Under the pieces are notes generated by a model. It saw only the letters and a program-made list of their open reading frames with translations. It ran no database searches and was not told the origin of the DNA. Positions 19,088-33,966 of a DNA stretch of 64,000 nucleotides are shown piece after piece (position 1 is the first letter of the stretch; every line of letters starts with the position of its first letter). The translations under genes and the position numbers were made by a program. This DNA comes from an uncultured Pseudomonadota bacterium (GTDB lineage: Bacteria > Myxococcota_A > Polyangia > Fen-1088), in contig CAVQDT010000005.1 in assembly GCA_963711305.1 (NCBI GenBank), positions 662,683 to 726,682 on the forward strand. The letters are read 5' to 3'.

Positions 19088-19144
19088 CGCAGGCTGCAAA
19101 TCGGCGGTAGGTACGTCGAACCTGGAACGCCCGACCAATCACGC

Positions 19145-22100
19145 ATGTCACCAGGACCCTCTGACGACGACGACCTTCCAATCGAGATCACCACCGATTT
19201 GGAAGAGGCCGCGGACGGATCATTCGGCTCAGGGCCGGTGACCGTCACGGCCCCGACGGTGCCGCCGCCGTTCGAGGCCGCCGCGCTGGAAGCCGCGGCT
19301 GAGATCGACCTCTACCTCGCCGAGGCCAAGGTGGCGGAGCCGGCGCGCGCGGCGCCCCTGCTCTTCGAGGCGGGGCATCTGCGCGAGTCCGCGCTTCGCG
19401 ACGCCGAGGGCGCGCTGCCGTGGTATCGGGACGCGCTCGCGCTCGACGCCACGTTCGTCGCGGCGCTCGCGCCGGTGCGCCGCTTGCTCGCCGCGCGGGG
19501 ATCCTGGAGCGAGCTGGCGACGGCGTACGAGACGGCGATCCGCGCCGGCGTATTCGGTACCGACGCCGGCCGCTCGCGGCGCGTGGCCGACCTGTGGATC
19601 GAGCGCGGGCGCCTGCTCGCGGATCGCCTGTCGCGAACGGCCGACGCCGCCACCAGCTTCCGCGAGGCCGCCACGGCGGCGCCCGAGTACGCGGCCGCGC
19701 AGCTCGCGCGGCTCATCGGAGCGGCGCGCGCCGCCGATGAGAGCGGGATCGAGGCTGCGCTCGCCGGGCTGATCGAGTGCGCCGACTCGCCGTCGCGGAG
19801 CGCGGCCCTCGCCGCCGAGCTGGCGCGCGTGCAGCGCCTGTCGGCGGCCACCGCCGCGGCATCGCCGGAGTCCAGCGGAGATTCGGAGTTCCGCGCGGGC
19901 GGGGCGGAGCGGGCGCTCGAGACGCTGCGCGAGGCGCTGGCCGGCGCCGGCGACGAGACGCCGCGCGCCGGGCTCGTCGACGAGCTCGAGAGCCTGGCGC
20001 GCGATCGGGCCTGGCCGCGCATCCAGGTCGGGGCGCTCGAGGAGCTGGCGCGCGTGCTCCCCCACCCGTCCACGGATGACGGGCGCGGCGCCGTGGTTGC
20101 GCTTCATCGCGAGCGCGCGCGCCTGCTGCGCGACGTGGTCCGCGACCTCGAGGCGGCGCACGCCGCGCTCACCGAGGCGCGGCGGCTGCTGCCCGACCAT
20201 CCGTTGCTCACCACCGACATGCTCGACATCGCCGACCAGCTCGGCCGCGTCGAGCTCCTGCAGCAGACGCTGGAAGGCTCGGCGATCCCGCAGGACGAGC
20301 TCCTGTCGGCGGCGCGCCTCTGCGATGCGCTCGGGCGCGCGGGCCGCGCTGGTGAGGCGATCGAGCTCTCGCGCAAGTACGCCGCGACCTGGTCGGCGGC
20401 GATGGTCCCCCCGGAGTCGGCGGACGCGGGCGCGGGCGCGGCGTCGGTGGCGCTCTCGGCGGTCGCGCTGCTCGCGCTGGCCGGCCGCATCGCGCTCCAC
20501 GCCGAGGCGGGGGACGCCATCGGGCTCTGCCGACGTGTTCGAAGCGGAGGGCGAGCAAGGGCAGGGAGAGGCGGCCGCCCACGCGTTCGTGCGCGCGGCC
20601 ACCGTGCGCGATCTGGTGTTGCACGACCCGCGGCACGCCGAGAGCCTGTACCGCAAGGCGCTCGAACGCTGTCCCGGCTATCCGCCCGCCGTCGACGCGC
20701 TCGAAGAGATGCTGCGCGCCGATGCGCGCTGGGCCGACCTGGCCGAGGTGCTGGAGCGGGATCTCGCGGCGCTCGGGCCGCCGCCCGACGACGCCAGCCT
20801 CGAGGCGTCGGCCGCGGCGGGCACGGAATCGACCACCGTCGCCGCGGCGCCGTCGCCGCTCGCGCGCCGGCGCTATCTGCTGCAAGCGCTGGTCGGCCTT
20901 TACCGCGATCGGCTGGGTCGGCCCGGGCGCGCGCTGGTGTTCCAGCGCCAGCGCGTGTCGCTCGACCCTGATGACCTCGATGGGTGGATGCTCAAGCGCG
21001 ACCTCGAGCTCGCGGCATCGGTCACCAACCCGGCCGACGCCAGTGAGAAGGCCGAAGGCGATCCCGCGCTGGCGCTGCGCCGAGAGGGCGTCACGACGCT
21101 CATCTCGCTGGCGGCGCGCGCCGGCCAGCCGGCGGTCATGGCGGCGCTCGAGAACGAAGCGGCCGCGCTGGTGGTCGACGACCCGTCGCTGGCCGAGCAG
21201 TTCTACCGTGACGCCGCCGTCGACGACCGCACTGGTATCGCCGCGGGCAACATCGCCGCGAAGCTGCCCGAGCCGGCCGCGCGCGTTCGCGCGCTGGCCA
21301 CCGAGCTCGCTGCCGCGGATGCCAGCGGGCGGACCGACGTCGCCCGTGGCCTGCGGCACCGTCTGGCGGTCGAGCGGGCGCGCTCCGGGGAGTGGCGGGA
21401 CGCGGTCTCGGTCCTGGCGCCGGTCTGGTCCGCTGGCGACGAGGGCGCACGCGCTTTCAGCTTCGATCGCGCGCGGCTGTCGGGCGATCCCACGCTCGAG
21501 GTGATGGTCCTGGGAGAGAACGCGGCCACCGCCGCCACCGCGGGGCTGGTCGCCGGCGCCGACCTCGGCGAGGCGCTGGAGCGCAACGGCAACGGCGAGG
21601 CTGCGCGCAACGCGTTTCGCGAGGTGTTGCGAAGCGGGCGATCACCGGACGCCGCGCTCGGCTTGTTGCGGACGGCCTCGGTCGCGGGCGACTTCGCCGC
21701 CGTGACCGATGCCCTGCGCACGATCGGTGACATGTCATTCGACGACAACGGCGGCAGCGTCAGCGCCGCGGCCACGCGCGAGATGGAGCTGCTCGACGCC
21801 GCCCGGGGCGAGGGGGTGGCGCGCGTCACCGAACGCGCCGCTGCCGATCCCGACGACGCGTTCGGCGATTGGATCGAGGGCGTGCGTCGAGCCGACCAAC
21901 GGCAGGTCGCGACCGCGCTCATCGATCTGGCGCGGCTCGCGGGCGCTCCCGCTGCGCTCGGCCCCGGCGCACCGGCGCCGGAGGAGGGGCGCCTGCTCGC
22001 GCGAGCCGCCGCGCGGTCGCGTCTGGCGGGGCGCGAGACCGCCGAGGCGATCCACCGCCGCGCCTGGGCGGCCGCTCCCGGGAACGCCGCGGTCGCCCAG

Positions 22101-24327
22101 AGCATCAGCGACGTGCGCCTGGCGCCGGGGGGCGCCGGCGAAGACGTGTCGGGCGCAGGCGGGTCTCCCGCGGGAGCCCATCGTTCCCGGTCAGACGCCA
22201 ACGCGCTGCCCGACACGCGCGCCGATCGCGCGGCGCACCTGCCGGCGGCGTCCGTGGGCCTGGCGATCGATCTCGACATCGAACGTGCACTGGAGCAGGA
22301 AGCGGCCGGCAACCTGGGCGAGGCCCTCGACGTCTACGCGCGGATCCTGGCGCGCGACCCGGAGGCTCTCGAGGCGATGCTGGGGGTGCGCCGCCTCGCG
22401 CGCGCCGGCGGCGATGCGCTGGGTGAGGCGCGCGCGCTGGCGCGCCTGGGCGCGCTGGTGAAGACCCCGGCGCACGCCGCGCAGTTCTTCGGCGAGGCGG
22501 GGCCGCTCTACGAGCGCGCGAACCACAAGGAGCAGGCGATCGCCGCCTACCTCAAGGTGCTGGAGCACGCGCCCGACGACGAGGCCGCGTTCGCGCGGCT
22601 GGCGGCGCTGCTGCGCGCGGCCCCCGACGTGCCCGGCAACGCCAAGACGCTGGATCGCGTGCTCGGCCACCGCCTGCAGCGGCGCGCGGAAACGGCGAGC
22701 ACCGACGAGATGATCGCCCTTTACGCCGAGCGCGCCGCCAATCGGCTCGAGCGGCTCGAGGATCGCGAGAACGCCGCCGAAGACTGGAAGCGGATCTTGA
22801 AGGTCGACCCCCGGCATGAGCGCGCGCTGCGGGACATCGCGTCGCTCGCGATCGCGATGGATCACGCCGCCGATGCGGCGCACTTCCTGACCCGTTACCT
22901 CGAGGTCACGCGCGACGAAGCGGGCGCGGCGTCGGCGCGCCTCGAGCTGGCGCGGGCGCACGAGCAGGCGGGCGATCGCGGGCGCGCCATCGAGGCGCTG
23001 CGCAGCGCGGTGGCGGCGCAGCCGCGCGATACCGTGCCCTGGCAGCGTCTGACCGATCTCTATCTGCGCGCGGGCGACTGGCGGAACGCCGCCGCGTCCC
23101 TGCGCTCGTGGGAAGGCATCGTCGACGAGCCGACCGCCAAGGCGGGGTTGCACCTGCGCCTCGGGGCGTTGCTGCGCGACCAGGCCTACGACCTGCCCGA
23201 GGCGGCGCTGGCGTTTCGGCGGGCGGCCGAGCTGGATCCGCTCGGCAACGGCATCCGCGAGCTCGCGCTCCTGCACGAGAGCGCGGGCGACGAAGCCGGG
23301 CGCGCCGCGGTCATGGAGCACGCGATCTCCGAGGCACGTCAGGCGCTCGACCGCGATCCGTTCGACGTGCCGCGCTTGCGCGGGCTCAAGCAACTGCTCG
23401 ACACCGCCTGGCGCGATCGGCGCGGGCGCGAGGCCAGCCAGGTGGTCGCGCAGGCGCTGGCGCTGGTCGGTGCGCCGCCCGATGATCTGGCCGAGGTGCC
23501 GCCGGCGCTGCGTCCGGTGGCCGCGTCGTTGTCGGCCAAGTTCTGGGCGGCGCTCATCGATCCGCCCGCGCTCGGGTTCATGACCGAGGTCTGGTTGCTG
23601 CTCGCCGACGCGATCATCGAGCTCAATCAGCCCGACGTCGCGGCGCTCGGGGCCGTGCGACAGAACCGCGTGGCACCGGAGAGCGATCCGGCGCTCGGGT
23701 GGCTGGTTCAGGCCGGCGCGGCGCTCGGCGTGCAGGGGCTGGTCCTGCACCGGGCGCCGCCGGGCAGCTCGGCGGTCGGTGCCGACGACGCGCTGGCGCT
23801 GGAGCTGCCGGCGCCGGCGCTGGTGCTGGGCGCGCCCACCGGGATGGACGGGGGGACGTCACCGTTCGCGGTGGGTCGCGCGTTCGGCCTGCTGCGCCTC
23901 CGCGCGACGACGGCGGCGCGCCTGAGCGCCAGCGCGCTGCAGGCGATCTTCGACGCTGCGGCGGTGATCGCCGGCGCGCCCGCGAACGTGCCCGGCGTCT
24001 CGCGCGCGCCCGAGGCGCAGGTCAAAGCGTTGTCGCGCGCGCTGGCGCGCAAGGAACGCAAGACCCTGGCGCTGCAGGCTTCGCGGTTCGGGTTCGAGAC
24101 CATCGACGCGGCCGCCTGGCAGGGCGCGCTCCTGCGCGGCGCGGATCGGCTGGGGCTGGTGCTCGCCGGCGACGTGCGCGCGGCGGCAATCGCCGCCGGC
24201 CGGTTCACCACGCCGCCGGCGCCGGCCGAGCTCCGGCGCAACGCTGCCGCGACGGCGCGTGGTCCGGTTCGCGCTCGGCGAGGCTTATCTGGCCGCGCGC
24301 CGCGAGGCCGGACAGGGCGGGACCTGA
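19145..24327 (+). CDS. Giant TPR-repeat protein 1 (~1700 aa; frameshifts near 20525 and 24255)
   Basis: Many myxobacterial TPR units (AESLYRKALERCPGY, AIAAYLKVLEHAPDD, AAEDWKRILKVDPRH); C-terminal GADRLGLVLAGD domain. Confidence 0.75.
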
Positions 24328-24329
24328 CG

Positions 24330-27300
24330 ATGGCGGAGCGCGAGAAACCCAAGGCGCCGGTCCTGCCGTTCACCAACGAGAACGAGAACGAGTGGGAGAC
24401 CGAGCTCGCCGACTGGGATGCGCACCTGCCGATCGAGGAGGCGCCGGTCGCGTCCGGTGAGCCGCCGCCGCCGCTGCCGCAGCCGGAGCCGCTCGGCGCG
24501 CTGCCCGACGAGGAGAACCCGTTCGCCGACACGCCGACCACCGTGACGTCGGGGCCGCCGCTCGACGACGCCGCCGCCTTCGAGGCGTCGGCCGAGGAGT
24601 TCTCGTCGCGCCAGACGCCGCACTCCGAAGTCTACGCCGCGATCATCTCGTCGAGCACGCCCGAAGAGACGCTGTTCCGGCGCGAGCCGGCGACCGACAC
24701 GCCGGCGCCGCTGTTCGCCGATCCGCTGATCGAGATGTCCGCCGATCCCTGGCGCGAAAAGCTGGAGGTCATGATCCGTCTCCCGGGGCGTGCGGTACCC
24801 GCCGCGCCGAGCGACGACGAGCGGCGCGGGCTGCTTGTCGCTGCTGGCCGCCGAGATGGAGGTCGCCGACACCGCGACCCAGCAGGCGGCGCTCACGCTG
24901 GCGGCGGCGCGGCTCACCGACGCGCTCGGCGACACCGACGCGGCAGTCGCGCTGTGCGACGACGCGCTCACGCTGCAGCCGGGCTCGGCGCCGGCGTTGC
25001 GCGCGCGCCTGCGCCTCGCGGAACGCCAGGGCGACGCGGCGGTCGCGCTCGAGACGGTCGGCCTCCTGGCCGCCGCAGTCGACGGCGATGAGCGCGCCGG
25101 CTACCGAGCGCTCCAGGCGGAGTGGACGCTGGCGATGTCGGGCTCGCTCGACGAGGACGCGCGCGCGGCGCTGGGCGACGGTCTGTCGCGCGCGCTCGCC
25201 GAGGCCGAGATCGCGCTGCGCGCGGCGGATACCGCGAGGGGCGGCGGTCGTGCTCGAGACGGCGGCGATGGCGCTCGAGGGGCGCGCGGGCGCGGCGCTG
25301 GCAGGCCTGGCGGCGCGGCTCGCGGAGATCGGCGGCGACGGCGCGGCCGCGACGCGGCAGCGCGCGCTCGCGGCGCGGTTCGCGTCCTCGCCGCGCGAGC
25401 GGCTGCTGGTCGCGGTCGGCCAGCTCCGGGACGCGGCGCGCGCCGGAGCCGACGCGGTCGCGCCGATGCTCGACGAGCTGCTGGCGACGCTGCCGCCGGG
25501 TGACTTCAAGGTCAGCTGCGCGCGCTGGGCGGCGGTGGTGGCTCGCCGCGCCGGTGCCGTCGAGCGCGCCGACCGGCTGCTCAGCGATCCGGCGAACGGA
25601 GGCACGTCGCCGGCGGCGCTGCGCGATCGGCTGGATCTCGAGCGCTGGGCGGTGCGCGGCGACGGCGGCAACGGCGAGCGCGTGGCGCGCGTGCGGCGCC
25701 TCATCAACGAGGCGCGCGAGACCTGGACCACCGCGCACCGCGCGCGCGTGCCTGGACGTCATGGCCGCCGAGCTGGCGCTGGCCGAGGCCGATGCCGGCG
25801 GGGCCGCCAGCGACGGCGCTCGGCGCGCGCTGGAGATCGCCGCGGCGGGGCTGGAAGCGGCGCCTGGCAACGGTTCCGCTCGCGATCGTCGCGCAGGAGA
25901 TCGCTGGTCGCGCCGGCGATCCCGCGCTGCGCCTGGACGCCCTGCGCCTGTGGGCCCGCTTCGATCCCGCGCGCGCGGCGTACGCGCAGTCGCTGGTGGT
26001 CGACACGCTGGCGCAGGGCACGGCCGCGGGCGTCGGCGACGAGCCGGTGCGCCAGGCGCTGGGCGAGCTGGTGGCGGCGGCGCCGATGGCGACCGCGTTC
26101 TGGGCGCTCGCGGCGCGCGAAACGGCGGCGGGGCGCAAGCGCGAAGCGGCCGACGCGCTCGAGCGGGGCGCCTCGGCCTGGAGCGCGAGCGAGCTCGGAC
26201 CGGCGCTGCAGAAGCTGGCGGACGCCCTTCGCTCCGACGCGCCAGCGTCCTGGCCGGCGGCGGTGCCGGGCCGGAGACGGCCCAAGAGCGCGCCAGCGTC
26301 CGAGACGACGCTCTCCGACGCGCCCGAGGTTACGCTCGCGCATGCGCCCGCCGATCCGGCGGCGCTGGCGCTGGTCACGTTGAACGCGGGGTCGGATCCA
26401 GCGCGGCTGGCGACGATCTATACCGGCGCCGCGGCGGCGCATGGCCCCGGCGAGAAGCTCTGGCGCCTGCAGGCGATCCACTGGCTCGGACGCGCGGGAC
26501 GGGCCACCGAAGCGCTGGAGGCGGCGCGGGCTCTTCACCAATCCGAGCCGGCGTGGGCTCCTGGACGCGAGCTCTGCGAGCGGCTCGTGCGCGTCATGCC
26601 CGATCCGCTCGAGCGGGCGCGGGCGCTGGTGCAGCTGGGGTTCTCCGGTGATCCCGGCGCGGTGCTGCGCGCCGCCGAGGCACACGAGACCGCCGGCGAC
26701 GACGCGGCCGCGGGGCGGCTCTATCGCGATCTCGGCGGCCGGGCCGCTCGCGAGCGAGAGCGCACGCGGCCTCTGGCGCATCGACGGGCGCGCGCAGGAG
26801 CCCGGAGGCGGCGCTGCGGCGCTCGACGAGCCGCGCGCGCGGGTGCGGGCTTTCCTGGCGGCCGTCCAGTCCGGGCAGACGGGCGAGGTGGTGCAGCGGC
26901 TCGAACGTGAACCGCCCCATCAGGACGTCGCCACGGCGCCCGGCCTCTACCTGGCGGCGTTGCTGCGCGAGCCGTCGCTCGACACCGGCGCGGCGGCCGA
27001 CAGCGCGCGGTTGCTGGCGCTGGCGGCAGCGGGGCGCGAGGCGGCGCGCGCCGAGGATCGCCCGGGCCTGCTGTGCGCCTGGCGCGCAGCCGAAGCGAAG
27101 GCGGCGGCGCCCGACGCGGGCGATGCGCTCGGCGGAGATCGCGGAGCGCTTGATGCTCGGCGACGACGCCGAGCCCGAGAGCGCGCCGCTGTCCGGCATC
27201 GCGGCATCGCGGCCGGCGGGCGATCCGCGATCGAGCGCCGCCCTGCTGGTGCGGGCCGCGGAGCGCGACGCCGCTGCCGGCGACGGGCCGCGCGCCGAAG

Positions 27301-29438
27301 CCCGGCTGCGCCTGGCGCTGGAGCGCGATCCGGCGAGCGCGCCCGCGCTGCGCGCGTTGCGCCGGGCTTTGATCAAGCGCGGCGCGCTCGCCGACGCCGC
27401 CGCGGTCTGCTCGCGCGAGGCCGAGGTGCTCAAGAGCCGCGAGGAGCGCATTCGCGTGCTGTTGCTCGCCGCCGAGCTCGGGCGGGGCGCGCGACCGGAT
27501 GCGAGCGCCGCGGATTCGTTCGACGGATGCGATGCCGATCTCCGCGGTGGTCTCGGCCACCATCTCGGCCGGGACTTCGGAGCCGATCGCAGCACCGCCC
27601 CCCGGGCCGCCGGGCGCCAGAACCCCGGGTGCGGCCGCTCGACCGGCCGATCCGGCGGTCATCGAGCCGCTGCGGCGAATCCTCGCGGTCGATCCGGCGC
27701 ACGTCGGCGCGTTCGAGCAGTTGCGTGCGGCGTTGAGCGCCGCGGGGGAGCAGTCGGCGCTGGGCGAGCTGCTCGCGGCCCGGATCGCGGTCGCCACCAA
27801 CCCGTTCGAGGTCGCGGCGCTGCGCTTGTCGCGCGCGGAGTTGCTCGCCGGGCCGCTCGCCGACGCCGACGGCGCGAAGGCCGAGCTGCGCGCGATCCTC
27901 GCCAAGGAGCCGCAGCACGGCAAGGCGCTGGCGCGGCTGGCCGATCTGCAATACGAGAGCGGCGCTTACGGCGATGCCGCCGAGCTCTACCTCAAGCGCG
28001 CGCTCGCGGAGCGCTCGCCCGAGCGGCTGCGCGAGATCTTCCTGCGCATCGGGCGCATCTACACCCGCCACGAGCACGACGCGAAGCGCGCGGCCGACGC
28101 CTACAAGCGGGTCTTGCAGCTCGAAGGCGACAACCGCGAGGCGCTGGTCGCGCTCTCGGATCTCCTGATCGAGATCGGCGAGACCAAGAACGCGATCGCG
28201 GTCACCGAGCGGCTCGTCGATCTCACGCCCGAGGCGGACAAGCGCGTGCCGTATCTGATCCGCCTCGGACAGCTGTGGGAGCAGGCGGGCGATCTGCGTC
28301 AGGCGGGCGCGCGCTTCCGGCGCGCCGCCGACGACGCGCCCCGGAATCTGCAGGCGGTCGGCGAGATGGTGCGCCACTACGATCGCACGCGCGATCTGCC
28401 CGGGCGGCGCTCGCTGCTCGACCACGCGCTCCTGCTGCTGCGGGCCGATCTGCACGCCGGCAAGCTCGACGTCGAGGTGCTGCGCGCGCTCGTGCACGTC
28501 ATGCAGTGGCGTGGCCGCGCGTCGGCCGCCGCCGCGGGCGCGCAGCTGCTGGGCGTGCTGTCGTCGGACGCCGCCGATCGCGCGGCGGCCGCCGGCGTGG
28601 GCCGCTCCGCCGGCGCGCGGGCGGCGGCTGGCGGCGCTGTCGCGGCCCGACGTCGATGAGCGCCTGTTCCCCGCCGGGCTGCCCTCGGGCGTCCGCAACA
28701 TCTTCCGCATCCTGGGCGAGCCGCTCGCCAAGGCGGTGAGCGACCTCAAGCGCTACGAGCTGTCGCGCGGGGACAAGGTGGCGCGCGGGCAGGGGCCGCG
28801 CGAGATCATCGACACCATCGCCGCCGAGATGGGTCTCAAGGACGTCGACGTCTACGTCAAGCCGGCGCGCGCGGCCAGCGCGCCGTCCTGGATGGCGGTC
28901 GAGCCGGGCGAGCCGCCCGACGCTGATCCTGGGCGCATCGATCCTGACGCTGGGGCCGCACGCGATCCGGTTCGCAGCCGCGCGCTGCCTCCGCCTCGCG
29001 GCCACCCACCTCGACCTGGTGCTGCGCGATACGCCGCCGCAGACCGGCGCCCTGGTTGGCGGCATCGTGCGCCAGTTCGTCACCGACTACCGCCACCCCG
29101 ACGTGCCGGCCGACATGATGAATGCCGGCGCGACGACGGTCGCGAAGGCGCTGTCCCGCCGCGCGCGCCAGGAGGTCATGCCGTTCGCCATGGAGAGCGC
29201 GGGCGCGCTGGATCTCGGCGCGCTACACGAGGCCGTCCGCGATGGCGCCGATCAGGTCGGGCTACTGGCTTCGGGGCACTTGCCCTCGGCGCTGTCGGTG
29301 GTGCTCGCGGTCGGGGGACGCCCGCTCACGCTGGCCAACGTCGCGGCCAACCCCGAGGCGCTGGCGCTGCTCGACTTCGCGCTCTCCGACGGTTACGACG
29401 AGATCTGCCGCGAGCTGGAAGGGACCGGCCCCGCCTAA
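24330..29438 (+). CDS. Giant TPR-repeat protein 2 (~1700 aa; many frameshifts)
   Basis: Acidic N-terminus MAEREKPK...EWETELADWD; TPRs (AADAYKRVLQLEGDNREAL); C-terminal GADQVGLLASG...LLDFALSD domain; reassembled from about nine ORF fragments. Confidence 0.65.
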
Positions 29439-29462
29439 CCGCGGGCGGCCGCAAGGGCGAGC

Positions 29463-30476
29463 ATGCGCGGACATCCGGTCGAGGTGAGCGCCGAGGTCGC
29501 CGAGCTCCATCGCGACGCGTTCGTGCTCGATCTGCACAACGACGCGCTCACCAAGCTGACTCACACCGGCTACGACTTCACACGCGAGCACGCGCCGGCG
29601 ACGTTCTGGAATCCGCTGCGCCTGGATCTCGACGTGCCGCGCATCCGGCGCGGTGGCATCGACGCGCTCGGCTGCCTGATGTTCGCGGGCTTCCACGTGA
29701 ACCGCGATCGCCGCTTCTGGCGCCAGCTCGACTGCGCGCGCCGGCTGGCGACCGACCACCCCGACCAGATCACGCTCGCGCGCAGCGCCGCCGAGATGCG
29801 CGCCGCGCGGGCCGCCGGGCGTATCGCGCTCTTCCTGGGCGTCGAGGGCAGCTACGCCGTCGACGGCGACGTCGAAGCCGGGGTCGCCCGGCTCGCCGAA
29901 GCGGGCGTGCGATTTCTGGGCCCGCTGTGGGAGCGCGACAGCGCCGCCGGTACGTCGTGCCGGACCGCCGTGGCGCAGGACCGCGGGCTCAGCGACGTCG
30001 GGCGCGCGCTGGTCGCCGCCTGCAACGCGCGCGGCATCCTGCTCGACGTTGCGCACGCCAGCCGTAAGACGTTCTGGGACATGGTCGCTTGCTCGTCGAC
30101 GCCGGTCTTCTCGTCGCACTCGGGCGCGGCCGGCGTACACGCGCACCCGCGCAACCTCGACGACGAGCAGATCCGCGCGATAGCGCAAAAGGGCGGCATC
30201 GTCGGGGTGATCTTCGTGGCGCCGTACCTGGGTGGCATGTTCTGCACGCTGGACCGCATCGCCGATCACATCGAGCACGTCGTGGCCACGGGTGGCGAGG
30301 ATTGCGTCGCGCTCGGGTCGGACTTCGACGGGTTCCTGCCGCTGCCGCGCGGCATCCGCGACGCCGCCGATCTGCCGCGGCTCACCGAGGTGCTGTGGCG
30401 CCGCGGTTGGCGAGAGGCGGCGCTGCGCAAGCTGCTGGGCGAAAATGCGCTCCGCTATTTCGCGGCTTTCGCCTAG
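29463..30476 (+). CDS. Membrane dipeptidase (peptidase M19)
   Basis: DLHND, LGVEG, GLSDVGRALV, LDVAH, SHS, HPRNLDD, ALGSDFDG, KLLGENALR. Confidence 0.9.
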   Translation: MRGHPVEVSAEVAELHRDAFVLDLHNDALTKLTHTGYDFTREHAPATFWNPLRLDLDVPRIRRGGIDALGCLMFAGFHVNRDRRFWRQLDCARRLATDHPDQITLARSAAEMRAARAAGRIALFLGVEGSYAVDGDVEAGVARLAEAGVRFLGPLWERDSAAGTSCRTAVAQDRGLSDVGRALVAACNARGILLDVAHASRKTFWDMVACSSTPVFSSHSGAAGVHAHPRNLDDEQIRAIAQKGGIVGVIFVAPYLGGMFCTLDRIADHIEHVVATGGEDCVALGSDFDGFLPLPRGIRDAADLPRLTEVLWRRGWREAALRKLLGENALRYFAAFA

Positions 30477-30500
30477 AACAGTGCTAAAGCGGGCCTCGCG

Positions 30501-31625
30501 ATGATCAACCTGCGCAACCTCGACCGCGCCGAGATGGCGGCGGCGCTGCAGCCGCTGGGCGTCGGGGGCGACGTGGCCGCCCGGGTCTTTGCAGCGGTGC
30601 ACCGCGATCCCGCGGCGGCGCCGCCGGTGATCTCGGACCGCACCGTGCGCGGATTGTCGAAGGCGGCGGCCGCCGCGCTGGCGGAGGCTTCGAGCTGGCC
30701 CGACCTGGAAATTCTCGAACGTCGCCGCTCCGCCGACGGATTCTTGAAGTACCTCTTCAAGCTGCCTGACGGCCGCGAGATCGAGGCCGTGCGCATCCCG
30801 CTTCCCGATCCCGACGAGGCCCGCGCGCTGAAGGAACGCCGCCGCAACGGCGGCGCCGCGCCGCTGGAGGCGTTGCCGACGGCGAAGTACACGCTGTGCG
30901 TGAGCTCGCAGGTCGGTTGCGCGCTGGCCTGCGACTTCTGCGCGACCGGCCGTCTGGGCGGCATCCGCAGCCTGCAGACGTGGGAGATCCTCGCGCAGCA
31001 CCGCCTGGTCGCCGCCGAGGCCGACCACCCGGTGCGCGGCGTCGTGTTCATGGGGATGGGCGAGCCGTTCCTGAACTACGAGAACGTGATCCGCTCGGGC
31101 CGCATCCTGTCGGACCCGGCCGGTCCGGCGATCTCGGCCAAGGCGATCTCGATCTCGACCGCGGGCATCGTGCCGGCGATCCGGCGCTACACGCGCGAGG
31201 GGCATCGCTTCCGGTTGATCTGCTCCCTGGGCGCGCCGACGAGCGAGGAGCGCCGCTCACTGATGCCGATCGAGAACCGCTGGCCGCTGCCCGAGCTGAT
31301 GGAAGCGCTGCGCGAGTATGCCGCGTCCACGCGCCAGCGGCTCACGATCGCCTACGTGGCCATCGGCGGCGTCAACACCACGCCGGCGCACGCGCGTGCC
31401 CTGGCGGCGCTGCTCGACGGGCTCAAGGTCAAGCTCAACATCATCGACGTCAGCGATGCCACCGGCCGCTACCGGGCGCCCACGCCCGCCGAGCTGGCGG
31501 CGTTCCGCGACGCGCTCGGCGCCCTGGGCGCGCCGGTGGTGCGACGCTACTCCGGCGGCAACGAGATCGGCGCCGGCTGCGGCACGCTGGCCGCGAGCCG
31601 CAGCGGCGGCGTCGTCGCAGGGTAG
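30501..31625 (+). CDS. RlmN/Cfr-family radical SAM RNA methyltransferase (divergent)
   Basis: LCVSSQVGCALACDFCATG, VFMGMGEP, ISTAG, C-terminal AGCGTL. Confidence 0.85.
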   Translation: MINLRNLDRAEMAAALQPLGVGGDVAARVFAAVHRDPAAAPPVISDRTVRGLSKAAAAALAEASSWPDLEILERRRSADGFLKYLFKLPDGREIEAVRIPLPDPDEARALKERRRNGGAAPLEALPTAKYTLCVSSQVGCALACDFCATGRLGGIRSLQTWEILAQHRLVAAEADHPVRGVVFMGMGEPFLNYENVIRSGRILSDPAGPAISAKAISISTAGIVPAIRRYTREGHRFRLICSLGAPTSEERRSLMPIENRWPLPELMEALREYAASTRQRLTIAYVAIGGVNTTPAHARALAALLDGLKVKLNIIDVSDATGRYRAPTPAELAAFRDALGALGAPVVRRYSGGNEIGAGCGTLAASRSGGVVAG

Positions 31626-31680
31626 GGCGTCGTTTAGGGCGTGCCAGCTCTCCCCCCTCTCTCTCAGATCGTCGGGCGCT

Positions 31681-33962
<2,282 letters not shown>

Positions 33963-33966
<4 letters not shown>

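Noticed and set aside
18978-19181. 67-aa minus-strand ORF with RSEARDK repeats
   Set aside because: A by-product of the 24-bp repeat (a multiple of 3); no RBS or codon-bias support, though it cannot be fully excluded
20076-25091. Apparent fusion of the two TPR proteins
   Set aside because: Frameshift near 24255; TGA at 24325-27 and ATG at 24330 separate the genes
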